A DNA stretch of 64,000 nucleotides, from the NCBI GenBank assembly GCA_965113315.1, contig OZ220365.1; one strand, given 5' to 3'. Position 1 is the stretch's first letter; every line of letters starts with the position of its first letter. This stretch comes from Podarcis vaucheri (taxonomy: Eukaryota). The notes beneath the pieces are model-generated. The model made no database searches and had not been told where the DNA came from. It saw only the letters and a list, made by a program, of their open reading frames with translations. The position numbers and the translations under genes are program-made. Positions 52,826 through 64,000 of this stretch are shown here, one piece after another.

Positions 52826-55800
52826 ATTGGGGGTGGGTGGGTAGAGGGTTAGTCAGGAATGTGGCATGGAGGAAAGTCATGTGTCAGGGTTAAATCTGGC
52901 ATTTGGAAAATTCATATTTGGCCACTTCCTTCTCTGTCGGAAGCAGCATCTCCTCTGAGAAAGTATACTGTTGGCAACTGGTGCAACTCTAATTAAGAAT
53001 TACTTGCACTTTTGAGGCATCTTTTCAGATACGGATTTTGTAGGAAATAAATGGGCTTGTATACAAGCAGGCCCAGGAAAAAAATTTAGCTTGTAAGAAG
53101 AATGACTGGAATTACAGGAATGCATGCAATCACATTAATATCCTGCCAGACCCAACTGCCACAAAATATAATTATCGATTTTTCCCCCTCCTAGAATATT
53201 CTGACTCTTCATAAAAATGCTTAAAATTCTTCCCATTCAGCAAGACTATTAACACGATAGATCTTTATTGCAACATGATGAATAAAATGGCTTACTACAA
53301 TTATAGTGTGCTTAGCCTGTAGGGCAATTAACCACAGCTAGCACCTTGAAGTCGAGCTGGTTTGGAACGGAGAAAGATCACAAAAGGCTGCCATCTGAAT
53401 TGTTTTTATTAACAACACCACTTCTAAGCAGTAAGATCTATGCACAATTTGGTAAGGATTAACTCAATGATATCCCACACTGTTTTTTGTTTACTGAAAT
53501 ACAAGCAAATCTATTCAGTAAAAGTATGCAGCTGTACATCATCATCTCACTGCACTGAAAAAATATCAATCATTTAAGAAACACTGCTATAATGAAAGCA
53601 GCGTATGTATTATAGAACTCCTTACAAAACAAAATAAATAATATGAAAAAGCCACCCTTAAATTAAAATCAAAAAAGACATTTAAAGTTTGGGCATTCTT
53701 CATTATGGGAAAGAACCTTCCACACTGAGACCATCATCAATCAGAAAAGCTCCATCTGCTGTATAATTAGCTCTGATAAATGACACTAATCTGAGCTACA
53801 TTAGAGAACTACTGTTTGGGGGTTGTGGGGGGGGGGGAAAGAGAGATAGCTAGAACTGTAAATAAATCTAACCACTGTTTCACTTACAGCCATCCCAGCA
53901 GGAAGTCATAAAGAATTTTTTATAGGTAATATTTTCAAATGCGCTGCTGGCTGTGCTGCCTAATATCTATCATCTCGGAGCATGCATTAGTGAGTGTACA
54001 GAAGCCTAGAACAGAAGAGCATATTTTTGAAATAAGTTCTCCCTTTCGTACATCTTTACAGCCAAACTAGGAAAAAAAAATTGCACGACAAATCTGGTCC
54101 AATGAAATAGCTGCTCAGGAAGACAATGGACAATCCCAAGAGATAATGGACTGAAGCTGCTAAGCCACTGAAGAAACAGTATTTGGGGGCATTTGCAGAG
54201 AAAAGTGCATCTAGAACTTTTTCTGTATTACCCTCCTGGTGCTTCTAGGCAAGAATGGATGGAATAGAGGCAACCTGTGAGATTGCAAATAAACGAGTAA
54301 GGCAGACACATTGTGCACACACACATACAGACAGACAGACAGACAGGGGAGGCAAAAATCATTAAGCAAGTAAACAGTGCAGTATGTGACAGTTTACTGG
54401 ACTTTAACCAAGTAGACCTTTTGCAGTGATTGAGGCACCCTCATTGTGACATTCTGGCATCTTCTTCTTCTGAAAACTTTTTTTATGCCGACAGACTTTG
54501 TAGCTTTGTACTGTTTAAAATGATTTTTTAAAAATGTTTTGTTGTTGTTGTTGTATACTGCCCTGATATTTTATGGTTTGGCAGTATAGAAATGCATTTA
54601 TAAGTAAACAAATGCAAAGATTCAAATGAAATTCTGAAGATTGGTCATTTACTGTGTTTACATAATTCTTAATTCAAGAGGTTATCTTTGGGGGATGAGA
54701 AATGATAGTTGCATTTGATAAAACTGTCCCTAGACTGTACTTCTTCAGACTGCAGGTAGGACATTGCACAACTGAATTCTCTTATACAGAAACCTGCACA
54801 CTGTACCCACATCCTCTCCTGAGCCCCAAAGTTCTATGGTAAAGGGTTTGATATTAGCTTTACTTCCCACTGTGCTAGTTTTCTGTGTGTAACATTCCCC
54901 CATTCCCAAATGGGCAGCCATTCAACTGTGCAGTCCTCCACCTGAAATCTCGACTGGTACAGTCTAGGAGTGGTCTTATCACATGACTTATCACATAAAA
55001 CACTATTACTTTCTACTTAAATCTCTTTCATGGTTGTTTTAGCATACTTGAACATAGTATTCTTGACTGCAATTGTCTCTTCTGAGATTTTTACTTGGAA
55101 CAATTTATTCATGTTTGCAACCAACAATAGTAATTGGCCTTTTTCAGAGCTCCTAAGTGGATATAGACTAAAAGCTTGTTTTTATAAAACTCCCTACATT
55201 ATTTAAGAGGTTCCAATTCTAAGATGTAAGATGATTTTATCTCCTGTTCCCATTCCTTGAGTTTTATTTGCAAAGCAGAATATAAATGCAATGAACAAGA
55301 TTAATCCAACAACGTATTTAGCACCACTGAAAAACAATAAGTGACTTATCAAAATTGCTGTCTAGAGAAAAATCCTTTTCATTCCAAATGAAGAAGTGGC
55401 TGAAAGAGAGCACTTTATCACATTGTCCCAAAGAAAATGGTGAGAAAGTACAAAGCTTCCTAGCACTTATTCCAAATAAATAACTAGATCTACATCCCTT
55501 TCCCCAACATATAGATATATATCTATACATAAGGCTTTGTGTTTCAGAGGAGAGAGATTTGCAAAGAAGCACACAATGAAATTTCAACTTTTGTCAGAAA
55601 CTTCCATGAAATAGCACTGATGGCATCTGAATTCAAACTACTGAACAATACTTTACTTTTAAAGGAAGTTGTCAGACTAAGATAAAAGAATCAGCAAGAT
55701 ATATGCCTGTAAGACCCAAATGTTTCAGGAAGTATTTATGCTTATTCTACACAAGTCACCATGTGTGAGATCCCCTAACAATTGGATGACACCCTATGTT

Positions 55801-56134
55801 GCATACTTAATTTTCTGTACTTATTTGAAGAACATCATCACAATTATTGCGGTAATATGGGCTCTAGTTTCCACAGCACAGGCCAACGGTTAAGCTATAG
55901 GTTGACAAATGTAGTAATTAGTGTTATGAAAATGATAAAGCTATGCAAACTGAGCTCTATTCAATCAAGATAGAAAATGCTTTCCTTCCCTTGTTCTTCC
56001 TACAACTGTCACACAACTATCATTCTCATGCAGTTTTCTACAGTTTCCCAAAGAAATCGCTACATTCTTCTTAAAGGCTGAAAACTACAGATGCTAGAAA
56101 AGAGCAGAGCCTACTTTGCTCTCCTTACACTTAC

Positions 56135-56314
56135 ATTTTTCTTTACTCGGTGAAGTTACATTCAGTTCTGTCGAAAGTTGCTGGTTGGAGTTAACAGTCT
56201 GCGTAGATAGGGAGGTATTACTGTTGTCACTATTTGTTTCTCCAGAGAACAAATCTGATTGGCTGTTGCTTGTGCTGGGAGTGGACTCATCATCTGGTTG
56301 CTTCTTTTGAAAAT
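56135..56314 (-). CDS. ZFAND3: ZFAND3 coding exon 3 (180 nt; (D)FQKKQPDDESTPSTSNSQSDLFSGETNSDNSNTSLSTQTVNSNQQLSTELNVTSPSKEK)
   Basis: Manual minus-strand translation matches the vertebrate ZFAND3 linker (FQKKQPDD...STSNSQSDLFS...TELNVTSPSKE). Acceptor tgttag|AT, donor T|gtaagt, phase 1-1. Confidence 0.95.
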
Positions 56315-57602
56315 CTAACAGGACACAAAATTGGGGAGATGGGATTATTGACTACAAAACATGTTTCTGTCCACTGGGGCACATACAATATGTTGTATTT
56401 TACAATATAATCATCCCTATAAACTGTGATTTAATCCTATTAGTCTAAGCCCTAAGATATTAAACTTACCTTCATTGCACCAATACATTATTACTGAACT
56501 TGGTATAATCACTGAGTGCTGTTCCAGTAGAATGGCAAGATACACATTTAGTGCACAATCCAACTAGTGCTTTGGCTCCAGTGGACTGGAGCTACTAACA
56601 GAAATTTATGCTGATTTCCTCCACACACACATCCAAAGCCCCTGAAAAATTTGTTCCAGAGAAAAGGGCTACCTCCCTTGCCGTGCCACAATTCTTATGT
56701 GGCTTCTCCCACCAGCAGTTAATTAAAGAAGAAACCAGGTAAAGGCAAATTATGTGACAAACATCCTGTCTAGTTGACATTAGTTGTGAGAGTTTCTATG
56801 CACAATGCAATTAATGAGGAAACTAGGCAAAATTACTTGTTGCCTCCTAAAACGAGGCTAGGTCGTTAACTAACTTGGTTCTCAGATTACAGTGTCATGC
56901 GAATACAGTTTGTGAACTGCAAATGAATACTGAATTTAACCAAGGTATGTAACAAATAACCATTCATTTTTTGCAAAGGCTCTCTTTATAAGACAAAACA
57001 TCAATATCAGTTCTTCCTACCTAACTAACACTATGTGATCAACTGATCGGTAACTTCCACCAAGCCATTACCTCTTTCTAAGGTGTCTGATTGGCATGGC
57101 AGCTAAAGCCTTATTATCCTTATTTAGAAAAAGCAACTGGCCAATGTAAATATTGCATAATTTTATCCTCTTGTGCATGACTATCACCACAGCATTTATT
57201 CAATGCCAATAAAGGATTTTGCAAACTTGTTTATTTGTGATATCAACCAGGAAACAACTTAGATCTGTAACTATGCATGTTTTTAAAACCCATCATGATA
57301 TGTTCAGCTTCATCTGTGCTGATACTGGACCAATTCTAATGAACTCCATTTATTTTCAAAATTTCAGGTTTAAGTCCCTAACAAAAACTGAGAATGGTTT
57401 GCATTTGAAATTAAGAGAAAACTTTGGTGAATTCTGTAAAGGCAAGTCCTGGAAAGAAAAAAACCTAGAAAAATGAAGGTACTGTACACAAAGTATTCCT
57501 CTGGATCATGAGCTACTTAACCAGTAGTTCATTTCTGAGTTTTATATTACATTATAGCCATATTCAATGAGGAAATAAGAAACATCAACAAGGAAAATCA
57601 CA

Positions 57603-57684
57603 ATAAAAAAATTCCTTCCAGTAGAAGGAAGGAAGGATTTTTTTTATTTTGACTATGGCAGACCAACACGGCTACCTATCTGTA
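57603..57684. mobile_element. 82-bp insertion resembling a collapsed Penelope-like element end
   Basis: 13-bp direct duplication aaggaaaatcaca (57590-57602 / 57685-57697). Inverted arms. gactatggcagaccaacacggctacc resembles squamate Penelope termini (recalled, not searched). Confidence 0.65.
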
Positions 57685-58276
57685 AAGGAAAATCACATGA
57701 AGCCTGGAAATACGTTGTCTCATTTTAAGCCCACTGAAATCCTTTACATTTGCTATGCAGATTTATACCAGTGTCAATTATTCTTAGCTTGATTTCCACA
57801 TGTGTACTTTAAGGATTGCCTTTGGTTTCTTCTGTTAACACAAGCTATGCTTCAATTTTATTTCACTCCTATATCCTAAGAATTGGCAATAAATTATGAA
57901 ATGATGCCTTTAACTAGAGCTTATTAAGCCCAAGTTGATAACAAAACAGCCTGCTCTTCAGAATCTGCAAGATCTTAAATTCAATAAAATGCTGTTTTAT
58001 ACTATATTAAGCTCAACAGGAACAGCTTAAGGTAGAACAAGGGAAGAACCAAATGAGGACCTGATACTATTTCTTTTAAAACACATGCCCCAGCACAAAA
58101 TTAATTTATTCCAGTTTGTTATTCCTTTTAGGAATTTTAACATGAAAGATACAAATTATGCAATGAAATGAAGAAGCCTTTCATTACACTTCTTTCTGCT
58201 TCATCCTACAGCAAGGAGTCAGCCTTAACAATCCCATTTTCCTTACAACTGCTCTATATTCTGTTAATTTTACAGA

Positions 58277-58470
58277 ACAGGGTTTCCGTGTGCTCTGGCT
58301 TCCTTCACAGTGTTTGATTGCGCCAGAAGCAGTTTAGTCAAGCTGGCCACTTGACCCAGAAAGCTGTTTGTGGACAAACGCCGGCCCCCTCGGCCTGAAA
58401 GCGAGATGCGCAGTAACCCCACAGTTGACTTTGACTGGACTTAACCATCCAGGGGTCCTTTACCTTTACC
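58277..58470 (+). mobile_element. 5'-truncated Sauria SINE
   Basis: 3' half similar to 19890-20080. Tail cctttacctttacc. Confidence 0.85.
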
Positions 58471-61400
58471 ACACAGCACACCCCGCAAGATGAGATACTG
58501 CATGGAACATTTATATGACAACTATTAAGATACAGCATTATTAGGAAAATAACCTACTTATAAGCATCTCCCAGTATGCGTTATTCCAAGCAGAAACATC
58601 TTGCTTTCTACGGGCAAGTTGTATAACTTTGTAAACAGCTACTTTTAATAAAGGCTAGCTATTTCATAAGTAACAGCAAAAATTGTAGTAAAGGAAAGCA
58701 ATTGTTTGTAGCACAGCACACAATCTTTTCCCATTCAAGACAAGTCCATTTTGTTGTATGAACCAAATTCTTTCCTCAGAAAGTCTCAGAGTATTAATAG
58801 GTCTTTTCCTAATGAAGCACATAGGACAGCACTGAAATAGAAGGCTCCTGGCTACTACAAGTCCAGGTAAATTTATGAACTCCTCTAAATGTGTCTCTTA
58901 CCTTTCTTATGAACAATAACTGGTCTCTTATCTCTGCTGGTTTATAAATACTGGGAAACCAAAATAAATTTTGGATGCCCAATAAACCCAAGTGACAAAA
59001 ATACCTTAGAAATGGGTAAACTCAACAGGGCTTGTTCATGAGAGATGCCTAGAGGGGACATGGCCAACCAAACAAGAGAGTAAACACACACCTTTGAATC
59101 ATTGTTTTGTTTGCTAAAATACAAGGGTCGTTTACCTATTCTGATTTTCTCCAATTTCTCCTTGAGGATATCAGGAACACATGTTTCTACCTAGACTACT
59201 AATGAACAGAAACAACTAATTTTACTTACTTCATTAAAAGAAATGAAATACTCTAGCAGACAGAATAAAATCTATTCAGGTAAATTATAAGAGCTTGTTA
59301 AATATACTGAAACAGCAAGTTGCCAGTGTGGGGCAACTGAGAAACTGAGTAGGCTAAAAGAACCCCTAGTGCAATCTCAGAAGTAGGCTTACTAACCAAT
59401 GGATGCAAAATTCAATTATGTTTCATATTTACTTTGCCCACTTCAAATAAAAGAGCATGCAAAATTTCATATATTTTTTTAATAAAGCACATTATCAATT
59501 AGTGCCTCTAGCACTGCTAGCATCTACACAGTCCTCACTCAGGTGCCCTTTTAGGTGTCTAGGGAGAATCCTAGCATTTAAGAACATTGGTCTATTATTT
59601 TTAATTAATTTATCTAGACTAACCCACGGAGTCCCAATTAAGGTTAACTATTGCCTAATTTTCTATCAGTGGTGTTTGTTTGGAATTCAAAACACTTTAA
59701 TTTTTTTTTTAAGAAGTGCCAGGTAATTTCAAGATGGAGCATAATCTATATTTTGAATTAAGCAGATGTGGTGGTAGGGATATGTGGTGGAGGAACAGAC
59801 CACTCACTACCAACATTATCCCAAATACCGTAATATAAAATGGCATCAAAGCAGCAGTAAAATGATTTCCTCCATAGCTGGTTGGTTGTGGAGTACTGAA
59901 ATGACTTCATTACTTCTGTGAATCTTAGGTTATACAAAACTCTAGATCACTGAAGTAAATTGGAACCCCATGCCAATGCAAGTTCTGATTAAGACAATGA
60001 TGATGTATTTGTGGTCTGTTGGTGGTTTGCTCTATATTTGGATGTGGGGCCTTGTTTGATTAGCAAAATAATTAAAATGTGTTGACCATGGCAGTTGTAT
60101 GTGTTTAATGAAGCTTTATACTTCATGCAAATAGCACTTATCTCCACTCACAAAAATATTCATATTATGGTCATTGGCTTAAGGTTTCCCAAACTAGAAT
60201 GGAAATGCTCACAAAATAACACAATATGCACAGAAATAAGTGGTAAATAGGGTCTGTGCTTTATTTCTTAATATTTGTGTTTGATTTGTTCTTCAAGGCG
60301 CTTAAAGAAGTAAGTTCAAGTATGACAGAAGGGATATTGCCAAAGCCACACAGTTAGATTACCAAATATATGAACTTAAGGTCACATTTAAACTTTCTAC
60401 ATTGATCTGCTACACTGAACTGGTTCTTTAAGGAACAGTAGAAATTGGATACCTGCAGAGCTTGCCATAGCATTGTATGTTAAGGTAAGGTAATGAATTG
60501 CTTTAAATAAGGCAAATGGCATTCATTCATCCTATAGCCTTTGTTTCACTTTGTAGAGAATAGGCAATACTTGCAGTAATCATCCTAGATTACATAGCGG
60601 TCATGCTGGGGAGACACCCTTCTCTTGAAATATGAATAAAAGATCAATTTCATGGCTTTGAAAAATGATGAAATTATCTTGGGTCATGTTTTAAGAGAAT
60701 ACTCTGTTTTTACTGCAGTTAAAACTTGGGGAACTCCCACCATCTTTGTCCATGCTAGATGAGGCTAGTGTGTTGAGAGTCCAACATCTTGAGGACAACA
60801 GGTTACCCACCCGTGAATTAGATATGTACCACATCAAGCTTTGGACTTGCACAGCCCCTCTCCTCTTCCCCCATGTTCAAGGGAAGGAGAATAAAAGCTT
60901 CAATTTAGAACACTATGAGCTTGTTAACAAAGATACTGAACAAGATTCAAATCAGTGTTTTCCTATGTTGAGACATAATGAGAAACTATGATTGTTACAA
61001 TATGTGAATGCAGTGTGTTCTTATGACTATGTTTCAATGCTTGGATGTGGCCATTATCTTAATCATATAAATATGAATTTGAACCCATGTGTTTTGATTT
61101 CTCCCTCAAAAGTTCTATTTTATTTCAAATTCAGACAATTTGAAATGTGTATTACCTTAGGTTTAGAATATTAAATGAAATTGAGACAGCTACTTCCAGA
61201 TGCGTTTAACAGATCCAAAGGTAATTTTTTTCATTAACATGAAGCACCATCACTCAGTGAAAGGGGAAAGGTGCTGTTCAGCAGGTTACACTGCTCATCT
61301 GGTAGCGAGCAAGGCAGAACCATACAAATGACACAAAAGAGAAGTAAGCCCAGTTGTCAAAGAAACAAGAGAGCCAGAAAGCTGTTGGTAACAAAGCCAA

Positions 61401-63256
61401 GTTTAATAGGGTTCACGTGCCCTTGATGGACTCTGCTCAAATCTTCAATGAGGCATTTATTTGCAGCTATGCCCTGAACCAAGTGCTAATGATAAAATTC
61501 ACCAAGAGTGGGTCAACGTCTGAACAATATGACTAGTAAAAAAACCCCCAACCTATATTAGAAAAGGTGATTAACCTTTTAAAATATGGTATGGCTGGTA
61601 AATTCAGAAATGTCAATGTTACATTTTAAGTAAAAATAAAGCCCCATGACTCCTACCTGCAGCGATTTAAGTTGATAACAAGGCAATATAAAAGCCACCA
61701 TGATAAGTTTAGTCACACTCTCAAGTGTGCTTGTACTGGATTCAAAGCAGAAATATAAAATTAACAATTTAAGATTCAGTCCAAAATTTGTTTTAGCAGC
61801 ATGAAGCCACATAAAACAACAAATCTCATCCTATGTGCCAAGAGACAAAAAGGTACACTCCGCTAACTGAATCTGCTCAAAGCTGGTCTGACTCAGTACT
61901 TATAAAATGAATAGAAAGCCAACTACTGTGGGAAAATGATTGCTTGTACATAAGAGCATGAGCAGAGTTCTTATTATTGCAGAGTGATTTTACAGCACGA
62001 GATATTGTTAAGAGCATGATGAGCGCGTGAACACCTCATGCTAGACTAATGATTGGCTCACGTAGCATAACACTCTCTTTGTCTGTGTGGGCAAGGGCAA
62101 GGTTGCATTCCTTTGATTGTTACTTTTGAGTACCAGGCAGAACAAGCGCAGTGCTGGAGGAGAGAGGATGATTTATTTCTTACTGCACACAATAAACATG
62201 GCACGGCTGAAGCCAAAGCTTCTTCTTCAAGTCATCTTGGTGTGAGACTGATTTCTTACTGATTTTCTTACTGATGTCGAGCTGGTTCTCGACAAACTAC
62301 AGTTTTCAATACCCTAAAACATTCTATAACAACTAGAAAAAGCAAAACTACACTTACTCTTATTTTCATATTGTACGAGTTATAAAAACTAAGAGATAGG
62401 GAAATGGTGTTTGGCTTTTTAAAAACACTTTATTGGTTTAGACCAATAAACAATTAAAAGAATTCAGCAAGAAGAGCGAGAGAACCTGTATTTAGACACC
62501 GGTTCTATAACGTCTTTCCAGAGATTGTATTTTAAGCACACCCTACTGGCCTAGATTTCTCAATGCTACGAGGAACAATTTGAAAGGATAGCAATTTGCT
62601 AAAAATGAATAGGAAATTAAGAAATACCTCTACCTTGAATAGAAACTATAAAAACTCAATTTAGCTCTCTGAAAAGGTACCAGCCTTAGAACTCAGGTAA
62701 TTATGTAGGAAGATATTCAGCGGTGCTGCTTCCTAATTTCAGCTAGACCTATTCCTCGGGGAATTCAACATCCATAGGATTTGACCACAGCAAGTACCTT
62801 GCCATGCATGAAATACTGGAGAAGCTAAAATAAGCAACAAAAAAACTAAGCAATAGTCTATAATGGGGAAGCCATTGAGATTTCATCTGCTGTAAACCGC
62901 ATTAAATGTGCAGGCTGGTTGCTGGGGATCAAGAAAGATGACATTAGAAGCAACAAGCAGGGAGATGCATTTGCTTTCTGACATGGTGGTTTCGTGGAGA
63001 ATCCAACCACTGTCTTGGATCAAAAGAAATGGAAGCAAGGCTTAACATGCACAATGGAGCTCTCTGCCATTCTTCCCCTCAAAAGCCACTCCCAAGAGTC
63101 ATGAAACCTGAATGGCATGAGATGTGACATGGGGCAGGGAGTGGGTAACTATCATAATTATGATTAAAAAGAAATCATTTTGAATAGTAGGAAAAAAATT
63201 ATTGAAGAAGTCGAAGCAAAAGGTTGGACAGGTATTTTCAAGATATGCTTTGGGGT

Positions 63257-63525
63257 CATGGGTAGGCAAAGTAAGGCCCGGGGGCCAGATCTGGCCCAAT
63301 CGCCTTCTAAATCCAGCCCACAGACAGTTCGGGAATCAGCATGTTTTTACATGAGCAGAATGTGTCCTTTTATTTAAAATGCATCTCTGGGTTAGTTGTG
63401 GGACATAGGAATTCGTTCATATATATATATATACATATATATATCTAAATAGATATAGTCTGGCCCCCCACAAGGTCTGAGGGACAGTGGACTGGCCCCG
63501 TGCTGAAAAAGTTTGCCGATCCCTG
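63257..63525. mobile_element. Non-autonomous hAT-like element (family of 15848-16245) with internal (TA)n
   Basis: Imperfect TIRs catgggtaggcaaa / tttgccgatccctg. Single copy of the 71-bp unit. Confidence 0.8.
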
Positions 63526-63783
63526 CTTTAGGTGCAAAAAAATACTCTTGAGGGCATGGATTTGATTTGATTGCTCATTTCTTTCTTTGATTCCTAAGCA
63601 TTTACATCAGAAATATCAATGGTGACTGTTAGATTCTTGTCCTTATGCTCAATCAATTTACATCCATCCCTAAGACATTTTCCATCTGAATGGAAGTCAG
63701 AAGCTTAAAATCCATGCCATGGTTAAATCATAAAGCAAACTCAGAAATATGCGGCAGGCTTGTTTTTATAAATATGCTATGTA

Positions 63784-63944
63784 CAGGCAACCCCTGATTT
63801 GTGTTGGGGTTGCGTTCTGGGTCAAAGCATGCCTAAGCCAACTCCGCCCCATGCTTCCCCCTTTTCTGGCCACTTCTGGGTTGCTCCGATGTGCACACGA
63901 GCAGCCACGCACATATCGTACATGTGTAAATCGGTCATTGCCTA
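63784..63944. mobile_element. Degenerate Tigger-like MITE
   Basis: TA-caggcaacccctgattt ... aaatcggtcattgcct. Confidence 0.5.
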
Positions 63945-64000
63945 CACTAGCATTTGCTAATTTTGAAACATCAGATTCAACAGCACAGAACTTTTCCTTA

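Noticed and set aside
62013-62100. Box C-like ATGATGA suggesting a C/D snoRNA
   Set aside because: On the strand opposite the host transcript, with no properly placed CTGA box D and terminal stem.
56315-64000. Searched by eye for ZFAND3 exon 2 (SSKTMNLCSKCFA)
   Set aside because: Not found; presumed beyond the window edge.

Overview
AT-rich vertebrate genomic DNA, most likely from a lacertid lizard (Sauria/Squam1, Squam3 and POM/Squam2-type SINEs, squamate L2/CR1 fragments and lacertid-type MITEs). The window holds the 3' part of ZFAND3 (AN1-type zinc finger protein 3) on the minus strand. Four coding exons are present (56135-56314, 42701-42766, 32675-32845, 8836-8990), all with GT-AG junctions and phase-1 introns, encoding the linker and complete AN1 finger. 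A probable ~2.4 kb 3'UTR ends near 6420-6510. The 5' exons (A20-type finger) lie beyond the right edge; exon numbers 3-6 are taken from the mammalian gene as recalled. The rest is intron/intergenic DNA with about 30 recognisable transposon copies, several with readable TIRs/TSDs and nested insertions, plus microsatellites and a few candidate conserved non-coding blocks. Nearly all ORF-track entries are chance or TE-derived. No clearly novel gene system is demonstrable. The best hypotheses are (i) a 417-nt exon 3-5 circle with a stop-free reading frame, flanked by inverted repeat pairs, (ii) intronic dsRNA/hairpin substrates, and (iii) a MITE carrying ETS+NRF1-like motifs.
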